This document shows positions 9,960 through 18,515 of a stretch of 64,000 nt of DNA, piece after piece (position 1 is the first letter of the stretch; every line of letters begins with the position of its first letter). The translations under genes were made by a program, and so were the position numbers. Origin of the DNA: Candidatus Woesearchaeota archaeon (lineage in GTDB: Archaea > Nanobdellota > Nanobdellia > Woesearchaeales > JAAOYA01). The notes beneath the pieces were generated by a model. The model was not told where the DNA came from. It saw only the letters and a program-made list of their open reading frames with translations, and made no database searches. The DNA lies in the NCBI GenBank assembly GCA_018221105.1, contig JAAOYA010000010.1:1-64000 (forward strand), written 5' to 3'.

Positions 9960-10535
9960 TTAAATAGTTTTTCTTATTAAATAAGCAATTTTTGAATTTG
10001 GATATTTTTGAAAAATTTCATTTTTTTCTTCTGCGTTTAATCTCGATGCAATGATTTTACTATTGTAATCAATAATTAATTGCTGAAAAATTTTATCAAA
10101 TTCTAAAAACTCTTTTATTAATTGAGATATTCTGTACTTAGCTTCAAAATTGTCTATACGTTTTTTATTAATTGCATAGTTAAGTTCTGCATGAGCAAAA
10201 CTGGCTCTTAAATTTTTTAATGTGCCATCATTAAAATAAAGAGGATACTTTAAAACATTCTTATACTTAGTATTAGAAAATAATAACTGAATATTTCTAT
10301 AATACGCATAAAGTTCTATAACTATATAATTTACCAGTTTAATTGAAATTTTCAAATTAGGTCTTTGTAATCTTTTAATATCATGTAACCGAGTTTTAAT
10401 CTTATCAGGATAATTATCAACCAATTTAGCAACTTCTAGTACATATCTAATATTTTCGCGAATATATCTTGGATTACTAAATCTTAATAATTCATTTTTT
10501 GAAAGATATTTGCCTGCTAATTCAATCATTTTCAA
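9960..10535 (-). CDS. Hypothetical helical protein with HEPN-like Rx4H motif
   Basis: LKNLRASFAH (R-x4-H at nt 10191-10208) in a predicted all-helical 191-aa ORF. Confidence 0.5.
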   Translation of the reverse strand: MKMIELAGKYLSKNELLRFSNPRYIRENIRYVLEVAKLVDNYPDKIKTRLHDIKRLQRPNLKISIKLVNYIVIELYAYYRNIQLLFSNTKYKNVLKYPLYFNDGTLKNLRASFAHAELNYAINKKRIDNFEAKYRISQLIKEFLEFDKIFQQLIIDYNSKIIASRLNAEEKNEIFQKYPNSKIAYLIRKTI

Positions 10536-10948
10536 CTTTTTTTTAGCTCCATAGCCTTCAAATATAATGCTACAACAACATATAATATTACTCCTGCTGA
10601 AACTAAGGATGTGGTAGTATTTGCAGTTATTCGAGGGATAAACATTTCAGTTAAAACTTTAACTGCTTGTTGACCAATTATATAACCCATAGCCCAGTAA
10701 ATTATTCTGTAAGGGTCGTCTATTATCTTAGCAATTCCATAAATGACTGCAAATACATAACCAACTATTGTAAGAATTCCCGAAAGATTAAAGATTTCAA
10801 GAGCTAAATAATAAGACATCCAAATAGAGATAATTGCCGGAAGTATATTTTGAGGTTTTTCTTTTATCTTATCCCAAATACCCTGAATCCACTTAATTAA
10901 AACTTTCAAAATAATCTCTTTAATTTTGTCTTTCATTTTACCCCACAA
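10532..10948 (-). CDS. Small multi-TM protein (candidate immunity protein)
   Basis: 138 aa, 3-4 hydrophobic segments, overlaps next ORF by 4 nt. Confidence 0.6.
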   Translation of the reverse strand: MWGKMKDKIKEIILKVLIKWIQGIWDKIKEKPQNILPAIISIWMSYYLALEIFNLSGILTIVGYVFAVIYGIAKIIDDPYRIIYWAMGYIIGQQAVKVLTEMFIPRITANTTTSLVSAGVILYVVVALYLKAMELKKS

Positions 10949-10963
10949 AATTCTATGTCTTAG

Positions 10964-11395
10964 TTAGAAACAAATAGCCCATTTAAGACTTACAAAGACT
11001 TCTTCAGTTATGGGCGCTATTGCATTCAAACTCGCATAATGACTATTTACACTTAATGCTAATATAATAAGTAATGTAATCCAGAAAATTTTTCTGGAAA
11101 CAAAACCTTTCGTCCTTTTTGATATAAAAATATCAACAAAAAGAGCTACGAAAAGAGATGTTATCACTAATATAATAATTGTTGGGTGTGTGCAGAAAAA
11201 TATTTGATTATCAACTGAACTTAATCCAAACCAACCTAAAAGCTGTGAGTAAATAAACACATTCTCAACAAGTTTTGCACCTATAGACTCTACAACAACA
11301 GCTAATAAGAATGAAATAATAAATATTTGGATATTACTTTCGTGTTTTCTTAACCAAATTCTTATTTTCCAGTTATATTTTTCTTCTTTTTTCAT
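10964..11395 (-). CDS. Small multi-TM protein (candidate immunity protein)
   Basis: 143 aa, 3-4 hydrophobic segments. Confidence 0.6.
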   Translation of the reverse strand: MKKEEKYNWKIRIWLRKHESNIQIFIISFLLAVVVESIGAKLVENVFIYSQLLGWFGLSSVDNQIFFCTHPTIIILVITSLFVALFVDIFISKRTKGFVSRKIFWITLLIILALSVNSHYASLNAIAPITEEVFVSLKWAICF

Positions 11396-11405
11396 TTTGA
11401 ATTAA

Positions 11406-11705
11406 TTAAGTTAATAATTTTGTTATAGAAAAAATTAATAAGACTGCACCCATGAAAAAATAGAAGAATAATGCTAATATAAAACCAACCAAATTCTTTT
11501 TATCTATATTTAAGCCATATAATTTAATTTTACCATCTATTATTGCTTTTAATCCCATATATAATAGAGTTATACCTATTATAAGTAGAAAAATACCGCT
11601 AAGTTTAACATTTTCCCATATCCTAATTATGATAAATAGTAACAAACAAATTAATACTATTATCCTAGGGAGCGTATCTCCCTGTAACAATTTAGTCTTT
11701 GGCAT
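11406..11705 (-). CDS. 3-TM protein directly downstream of Rhs gene (candidate cognate immunity protein)
   Basis: 99 aa, three hydrophobic helices, starts about 43 nt after the Rhs stop. Confidence 0.6.
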   Translation of the reverse strand: MPKTKLLQGDTLPRIIVLICLLLFIIIRIWENVKLSGIFLLIIGITLLYMGLKAIIDGKIKLYGLNIDKKNLVGFILALFFYFFMGAVLLIFSITKLLT

Positions 11706-11748
11706 GTTTACTGTTTAGTTTATTTAAATTATTTATAATATTATCAAT

Positions 11749-12945
11749 TCATCCGCCAAAAAAGCTTCCAATCTTGCTGAAAAAACTTTTAACAACAGTT
11801 TTTGTTTTACTCCAGAAGGTTTGCTTTGATGATTTTGTTTTTGAATCTGAACTTTCTGATGATTGTGTTTGTTGAGACGCGTCTTTTTGCTCATCAGTCT
11901 GATACTCTACCTTCATAGGTTTTTTCTCTCCACCCTCATACTCCCAAACAATTGTAGTGGTTGAAGAACCTCCATTTTCTGATTGGTCCTTCTTTTGTTT
12001 ATGTCCATCATATAAACTTTTCGCTGCCGTACCTCCTGAATATATTATCCCTAAAACTCCTGCCCCGGTAGAGTAAGGTTCTGGATAAAACACAAATGCT
12101 GCTGACAATGCATTAAATTCTAAGTTTACCCTTGCCTTTCGTTTTTGTTCTTCAGTTTCTGCAGTATAATAATTAATTAAAGATAAGGTAGTTGAGACTA
12201 TTGTAGATACTATGATTATTACCCCTACCGCCATAAGTATTGGTATGACATGTCCCGTTGGGTCTGTATACTTATACGGGTTCCCTCGCTCAAACATATA
12301 CCTATTTAAGTTCTGCGGGTCGTACACATTTTGAATCAACGTGTCTGGTTGCGTAAACAAGCCCCATTCTGCTTTGTACTTTCTGAAGTGGAAGTCAGTA
12401 TCACCTACGACTGTGTCGTGTTCTTTTGCTTCGTAACCGTAGCGAGTGGCATCTCCTCCTGTTAATACTTCCCCGAAAGGTGAATAGCTGGTGTTTTCGA
12501 TTACATCTCCTGAAGCATCCGTGACAACCGTACTGCTCCCTAAGTGGTCGCTGTGGATGAAGGTTTTAGTGCCAGAAACTTCCTGAGCAACTATTTGTCC
12601 GTTGTGGTAAACATAAGTGTAATTAAAGCTTCCTGATGAGTTTGAAACAGTGACAAAGTTTTTGCTCCAATAATAAACAGTTTCATTCTTAACATAATCA
12701 ACTTTTTTGAGCACTCTCTCTTCTGTAGGGTGATACATGTATTCTTGGAGTATTGGGTCACTGTCTGTTGAGCCGTTCCTTATCCTTACGAGTTGATTTA
12801 AACTGTTGTATTCTCTGTACTTTCCATCGCCTGATTGTAGATTTCCGTTTGCGTCGTAGACTAGGTTTAGCTCGGCGGCAAAGCACATTGGCAGTGACAT
12901 CATAAGTAAAACAATCAACAATGCTATTCTTTGGAGGTGTTTCAT
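11749..12945 (-). CDS. Secreted RHS repeat-associated core protein with C-terminal cargo domain
   Basis: Signal peptide, YDANGN, HSDHLGS, YSPFGE, PQNLNRY...GNPYKYTDPTG core; GAGGTGA RBS around 12953-12959. Confidence 0.9.
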   Translation of the reverse strand: MKHLQRIALLIVLLMMSLPMCFAAELNLVYDANGNLQSGDGKYREYNSLNQLVRIRNGSTDSDPILQEYMYHPTEERVLKKVDYVKNETVYYWSKNFVTVSNSSGSFNYTYVYHNGQIVAQEVSGTKTFIHSDHLGSSTVVTDASGDVIENTSYSPFGEVLTGGDATRYGYEAKEHDTVVGDTDFHFRKYKAEWGLFTQPDTLIQNVYDPQNLNRYMFERGNPYKYTDPTGHVIPILMAVGVIIIVSTIVSTTLSLINYYTAETEEQKRKARVNLEFNALSAAFVFYPEPYSTGAGVLGIIYSGGTAAKSLYDGHKQKKDQSENGGSSTTTIVWEYEGGEKKPMKVEYQTDEQKDASQQTQSSESSDSKTKSSKQTFWSKTKTVVKSFFSKIGSFFGG

Positions 12946-15900
12946 ACTACTATCACCTCTTCTTGTGTGTCATTGTAATTGCTTGAATTGATTGTTGTTG
13001 TTAGCTCGTGTAATCCTGTAGCATATGTTTTTTCTATTATGATGTAAGCATCATCGCTTGTTATGTTGACTGGTGTTTCAGAGTTAACACCGTCGAATTG
13101 CCAGTCTATTTGTTGTGGTGTGTTTAAATTGTTTCTTGCAATGATTTCAAAGACTGATGTTGTTAGTGCTTCGAATTGGATTAGTTGTAATGGTTTGACT
13201 TGTAAGAGGTCTGTTATCGTATCTGTGTGCGCGGAGGTTTTGGCTTGTATTATTGCTAGGTTGTTGCCTTGTGTTGTGTAAGTGTTTTCTACTATTACTG
13301 CAATGCTTTCGCCTGATTGTAAGTATGCTGTGCTGTTAACATCTGGGTTTGTAATGTTCCAGGAAACATTTCCGTTGACCCAATTGTTAACAATGTCAAA
13401 CATTAGTATTTGGTTTGTGAAATTGTTTTCTTCGCGAGCATAGTTTTCAATGCTAACTCCTTTTATTAGGAATCTTTCAACGTGTTCGCTTGTTGAACCG
13501 TTTGCAGTCATGCTAACCTTGTATTCTTGCGGGCCGTCAGTAGAATAATTTATTTCTGTTATGAATACTGCATCAGTGGCTTCTTCAATGTTTAAACTGT
13601 CACTAAAAGATTCTTCATTAGTGTCAACTAAAACGTTAGTGTTTAAAGTGTGATAATTGTTTCTAGCATTAAACTCTATGATTCGTCGGCTGGTATTTGC
13701 GTATAGCACGTCATAGTTTACAACTTCTAAGCCTTTTATCGTGAAATCTTTTGTTATTGTTTCTGTGCCATCATTTGATGTTGCCGTGCAAGCAAAGGTT
13801 TTGCTACCTGGGCCCGTGTAATAATAATCTATGATGGTTGATACATTGTTGTTACCAACAATGTTTACAGACTGTGCTGCCGAAAGGCTTTCTGAGCAAT
13901 TCCAGTCAACATTGTTGATTTGTTCTTCAACGTCATTGCCAAAGACAAACTCGAAGGTTCTTCTGGTAATGTTTGAAAATAGTATTTTCATATCAAGCGC
14001 TCTAACGCCAAACTTTGTGTTTTCTGCTTCAAAATCGCTTGTGCCATTGCTATAAGCTGAGAAGTTTACTTTGTAATCTCCTCCACTAGTATAATTTTTC
14101 TCAACTAATACTATCATCGAGTCAGACAAACTAATTTGCTCGGAATCAAAAGAATTGTCATCATCAAAAGCCACTGAAAAATTAGTGTTAATAGCATTGT
14201 CTAATTCGTTGACAAGATAAAATTCAAAAACTCTTGTCTTTGAGTTTGTGTCAATTTCGTGCGGGTTGTGCAAGTCAACACCTGCCAAGCCATCAACTAT
14301 TTTTGAAGGAGCATGCGCAAGATTACCATAAGCAAATTTTTTGGAATTATTGTTTTTGACAATCTTTAAAATGTTCCCAATACTATTATAAGAGTAAACG
14401 TATACATCAGGACCGATTGTTGCACTACCAAGCCGGTCCAAATAATCATAAGTCATACTGTAAAATGTTGAGCTAACACTGTCATTTATTGACAAGATAT
14501 TGCCAGCGTTATCATAATTGTATGAAAGGCTTTGAACATTAGGACTATTAATGCTTAACAACCTGTTATTCTTACTATCGTAAGAATAATTTGTTATCAA
14601 AGTGTTTTGATAACCTTTGATTATAATGCTGCCAAAAGCATTATAATCAGAACCCGTGACAAAATCAAGAATTTGCTCTACCAAGCCTTGCTTGTTATAA
14701 GTAAATTCCAAATCATTATTTTTAACAATCCTATCAGAAGAATCATACAAAAACACGTTATCAAAACTGCCACCATCAATGGTTTGAGTCTCTTTAACAA
14801 CCCTCAAACGATTATCATAATCATAGTTTAAAACAATATTGTCAGTTGTAGAAATGTTTGAAAGTGTTCCATAATAATCAATATCATAACCAAATGTTAT
14901 ACTGACATCGCTGCTTGTTTTAGAAACAATCCTGTTAAGCCCGTCATAGCTTAAGGTTATCTCATTGTCCTTATTATCAATTTGCGAGATTAGGTTTCCG
15001 TTGGTGTTATATTTGTATGTCCATGTTCCCATGTCCGGGTCTGTCATCTGGGTTTTTCTGGACAATTCATCATATTCAAATATAAACTCGTTTTGCTCAT
15101 TGTCAGTGATTTTGATTAAGTTGTCGTTAGCATCGTACTCGTAGGTTGTTTCATAATTTTCGTCAAGTCCTGTAAGAGAGTCTTGATTGTATTCTATGAC
15201 TTTGATTATCCTGTCGTGAGAATCCAAGGTATAAGTATGACTGTATCCGTTTTCATCATAGTCTGTAATGTCGTACTGGCTAAATGAAACGGTTTTGTTT
15301 GTGCCATCAGGGTTAACCACTTGCACAACTCGACCCATCGCATCATAGTTGTAAGTTGTGATGTTAGACGTGCTTGATTTGGAAGTCAATCCACTTGAAT
15401 ATGCATTAAAGTAAGGGTTTTGTTCATAATCAACTCTGAATTCCGAGTCATAAAAAATGTTTTTGACAACTTCCTGACCACTTTCAACTGTTGTCTTCAA
15501 TTGTACCAAGTTTGCAAAGCCGTCGTAAAAATAGTTGACGTCATCTGTGTTATTTGCTGTTGTTTTCAACTTAACAGTTATCTTTTCAGGAGCGTTGCCA
15601 TCAAAATCATATTCATAGTTTTTTGTTGGCAAAGAGCTTGAATCATAAGGTCTTATCTCACTGATAATTCTTCCAAAGATGTCATATGAGTAACTTGTTC
15701 TTATCCCGTTTTTTTCTTCGTATAGTAAGTTGCCAGTTCCAGCATCATAAGAATAAGTACTAACATGGCCTAGAGGATTAACAATGCTTTCAACGAATAT
15801 GTTTAAGTCATCGTAGCGGTATTTGTAAACATTTGATAAACTGTCAATTCTAGAAACTAAGTTCCCGTAAGTATCGTATTCAAAGTGCGTGTAGCTGTTG

Positions 15901-18491
15901 TTACCATTCTCAAGCCACTCTTCTGTTTTTGTCAGCTCGCCTAGTGTGCCAACACCATTCAAACCCGTATAATCATAGTAGTATTTTGTTTCTTTTACTT
16001 TGTTCATGTCAGCGTCATAAACTGTGGCGCGTGAGACTTTGTCAATGATCCAATCCTCAAAATTGAAGCCATAAGAATAATTATAATATTTTTCGTCTCC
16101 AATGACTGAAACGTCACCATGATCATTTACTAATTGAGGGTTTCCAAAAACGTTGTACTCATAAGAAACATTACGAACCACTGGTGTTTGCAAACCATCA
16201 TAGATGTAATCTGTGGAAGTTTTTAATGATAAATTATAGATTTTGTTTTTGAGAGTGTAATTGTAGTCTTTTACATTCTTAAAATAAATATTACTGCTTA
16301 AATCATATACTTCTGTTTTGTACTCTTTGCCTCTGCGAGGGTCATCTTGGTAAAAGTAATGTTTCACAACTGAATCAGTATTACTTTCTGTTGCAATGCC
16401 AAAGCCTCTGAATTCTTGTTTGTCATAATTGTATTTTCCAAGGGCGTACTCGTAAGTTGTACTCGCAAAAATATTGAAATCATTAGTAATTGAATTGTTT
16501 TTTGTGACTTGTGATACTACAAAAATATTAAATCCTAGGTTTGTGTTGTTGAACTGTGTTGAAGTAGTATAATTGAGTGTTGTAATGCCGCCGTATTCGT
16601 TATTGATTGAATTTAGCATGTATGGCAGTGCATAATCTTTTAATTGCACCCATTTTGAGGTATCATGAGATACTACAATGTCTATAAGACCATCAGCGTT
16701 AACGTCTGCTAATCGTCGACCAATGTTTTTCCCGGAACTAATAAAGTCTTCTGGTGACGTCCAACTATTGTTTTGCTGCCATCCGTTGCCTGTGTTGAGC
16801 CACGCGTTTGATGATTGGTCTAAAATGTCTACTAAGCCGTCGTTGTTGACATCGCCGAACCTTACCCCATCATCTTCGTTCGAGCCTGTGATAAAAGCTG
16901 TTGGCGGCTCCCATGTGCTGTCATAATTTGTCCAGCCTGCTCCATTGTTTAACCATGCTTTTTTTGTAGAAACATCACCTTGCAGTATATCAGTTAGGCC
17001 GTCGCCGTTAATGTCGACTAGTCTTGCTGCGGTGTCACCGCTTCCATCAACAAAATCTATTGGAATACTCCAACCAGTGCTGCCCCAGCCACTGCCAGTG
17101 TTCAAGTAAACAGTTCTAACTCCAGATTTTGATTTGATAATGTCTGCTCTTGCATCGCCGTTAACGTCTATTATTCTGACTCCTTGGTCTACTCCAGAAC
17201 TATCAACAAAATCTACTGGGATAGTCCAGGAAGAACTATTCCAGCCACTGCCAGTGTTCAAATAAACGCTTCTAGTGCCAGCTTTGGATTTTAAAAAATC
17301 AATGTATCCGTCTTTATTTATGTCGGCAAACCTGACGCCTTCATCAGCATAGGTCGCGCTTACTATGCTGTATGGAACTGTCCAGGAATTGTCTTCTGTA
17401 AAATTTTCAGTTTTGTCGTTTAGCCATGCTTTGTTTGTGCCGGATTTTCTTTGCACTATGTCAACAAAACCGTCATTGTTCAAATCTAATAGTCTTGCGC
17501 CATGATCATCACTGCCGCTTGAAAAAGTTGTTGGCGGATTCCAAGATGAAGTGTCTTTTGTGAAATCATCGGTTGAGACGTGATAATCAAATGTTATGTT
17601 GTAAAGTGTTGAATTGCCACTACTGCCATAAAGTGCTATCTCTGAAAGCGTTGACAAAGAAGGTGTTAATAAAGTATAATCAAAATCATACTTTCTTACG
17701 AGTTGGTCGTCAACAATTACTGCTATATTTGTTAATCGTCTTGACTCTTCTAAAATGTTTGCTTGCTCGTAAACTCTTCGCCTGTCAGGCCTTACAGTAT
17801 TTTCATAGGTAAAGTTTATTACTCTTTTTTTATCACTGTTATATTCTATTTTATCAAGGTATACTGCACCACTATCTTCTGCATTAGGATCCTCTGAATA
17901 AGTATAATATAATTTGTTTGAGTGAGTGTCTTCTACTTGGTCCAAAAACCATTTTAGAGTGTAGCTTCTGCCAGTGTTAGAATCTAATTCTTGGCCAAAC
18001 CGATATTTTGTGCCGTCTTGTTTTGTAACAATCCAATAACTGGTGTTTTTTTCAATTTTGAACCAGTAATCAACTTCAGTTTTGTATTCTCCGCCAGAAT
18101 ATATCAACTCGTATAAATTGCCATCAAGCACCATGATATACTTATCATCAGAAGTGCTGTCAGGTGTTGAATTAACGTCTCTGTAAATTAAATCCTGGTT
18201 TAAACTCCAACCAGCGCCTAAAATTCCAGGTCTTTGCTTTGCAATTTGACTGTTATAAAAAATAAAGATTGTAGGTCTTAAACCATTAACGCCGCGAGGG
18301 GTTTCAATAGGATAAGAGTATGTTGCAGAGCCTGGAAAAAGATTTGTTGCGTATTGTCCAAAAAGCCTAACTTGTGGACTGTCAGGTAATTTAGGAGTGT
18401 GAAGGTAAGGTTTGTAATCATCAGCTCCCAAACTAAAAGGCACTAGCATTAAAAGCGTGCAAAAAATTAAAAAATATTTTGTGGAAGACAT
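12942..18491 (-). CDS. Secreted SpvB / FG-GAP / TcdB-midN / YD-repeat protein (TcB-like Rhs shell) with C-terminal Ig-like region
   Basis: Signal peptide; GSATYSYPIETPRGVNGLRP...YNS...GAGWSL (SpvB-type); six DxNxDGxxD-like repeats; NEYGG...EFRGFG; many YD/Y.Y repeats; no Rhs core. Confidence 0.88.
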   Translation of the reverse strand: MSSTKYFLIFCTLLMLVPFSLGADDYKPYLHTPKLPDSPQVRLFGQYATNLFPGSATYSYPIETPRGVNGLRPTIFIFYNSQIAKQRPGILGAGWSLNQDLIYRDVNSTPDSTSDDKYIMVLDGNLYELIYSGGEYKTEVDYWFKIEKNTSYWIVTKQDGTKYRFGQELDSNTGRSYTLKWFLDQVEDTHSNKLYYTYSEDPNAEDSGAVYLDKIEYNSDKKRVINFTYENTVRPDRRRVYEQANILEESRRLTNIAVIVDDQLVRKYDFDYTLLTPSLSTLSEIALYGSSGNSTLYNITFDYHVSTDDFTKDTSSWNPPTTFSSGSDDHGARLLDLNNDGFVDIVQRKSGTNKAWLNDKTENFTEDNSWTVPYSIVSATYADEGVRFADINKDGYIDFLKSKAGTRSVYLNTGSGWNSSSWTIPVDFVDSSGVDQGVRIIDVNGDARADIIKSKSGVRTVYLNTGSGWGSTGWSIPIDFVDGSGDTAARLVDINGDGLTDILQGDVSTKKAWLNNGAGWTNYDSTWEPPTAFITGSNEDDGVRFGDVNNDGLVDILDQSSNAWLNTGNGWQQNNSWTSPEDFISSGKNIGRRLADVNADGLIDIVVSHDTSKWVQLKDYALPYMLNSINNEYGGITTLNYTTSTQFNNTNLGFNIFVVSQVTKNNSITNDFNIFASTTYEYALGKYNYDKQEFRGFGIATESNTDSVVKHYFYQDDPRRGKEYKTEVYDLSSNIYFKNVKDYNYTLKNKIYNLSLKTSTDYIYDGLQTPVVRNVSYEYNVFGNPQLVNDHGDVSVIGDEKYYNYSYGFNFEDWIIDKVSRATVYDADMNKVKETKYYYDYTGLNGVGTLGELTKTEEWLENGNNSYTHFEYDTYGNLVSRIDSLSNVYKYRYDDLNIFVESIVNPLGHVSTYSYDAGTGNLLYEEKNGIRTSYSYDIFGRIISEIRPYDSSSLPTKNYEYDFDGNAPEKITVKLKTTANNTDDVNYFYDGFANLVQLKTTVESGQEVVKNIFYDSEFRVDYEQNPYFNAYSSGLTSKSSTSNITTYNYDAMGRVVQVVNPDGTNKTVSFSQYDITDYDENGYSHTYTLDSHDRIIKVIEYNQDSLTGLDENYETTYEYDANDNLIKITDNEQNEFIFEYDELSRKTQMTDPDMGTWTYKYNTNGNLISQIDNKDNEITLSYDGLNRIVSKTSSDVSITFGYDIDYYGTLSNISTTDNIVLNYDYDNRLRVVKETQTIDGGSFDNVFLYDSSDRIVKNNDLEFTYNKQGLVEQILDFVTGSDYNAFGSIIIKGYQNTLITNYSYDSKNNRLLSINSPNVQSLSYNYDNAGNILSINDSVSSTFYSMTYDYLDRLGSATIGPDVYVYSYNSIGNILKIVKNNNSKKFAYGNLAHAPSKIVDGLAGVDLHNPHEIDTNSKTRVFEFYLVNELDNAINTNFSVAFDDDNSFDSEQISLSDSMIVLVEKNYTSGGDYKVNFSAYSNGTSDFEAENTKFGVRALDMKILFSNITRRTFEFVFGNDVEEQINNVDWNCSESLSAAQSVNIVGNNNVSTIIDYYYTGPGSKTFACTATSNDGTETITKDFTIKGLEVVNYDVLYANTSRRIIEFNARNNYHTLNTNVLVDTNEESFSDSLNIEEATDAVFITEINYSTDGPQEYKVSMTANGSTSEHVERFLIKGVSIENYAREENNFTNQILMFDIVNNWVNGNVSWNITNPDVNSTAYLQSGESIAVIVENTYTTQGNNLAIIQAKTSAHTDTITDLLQVKPLQLIQFEALTTSVFEIIARNNLNTPQQIDWQFDGVNSETPVNITSDDAYIIIEKTYATGLHELTTTINSSNYNDTQEEVIVV

Positions 18492-18515
18492 TTTAACCTT
18501 TTTTTCATGCCCTCC

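Noticed and set aside
12942..12945. Frameshift or pseudogene explanation for the two-part Rhs gene
   Set aside because: The downstream ORF has its own RBS and signal peptide, and about 450 aa of unrelated in-frame sequence separates the two Rhs halves.
17085..17261. 21-nt direct repeat ccagccactgccagtgttcaa as a possible CRISPR or att site
   Set aside because: Only two copies, in frame, encoding LNTGSGW of neighbouring FG-GAP repeats.
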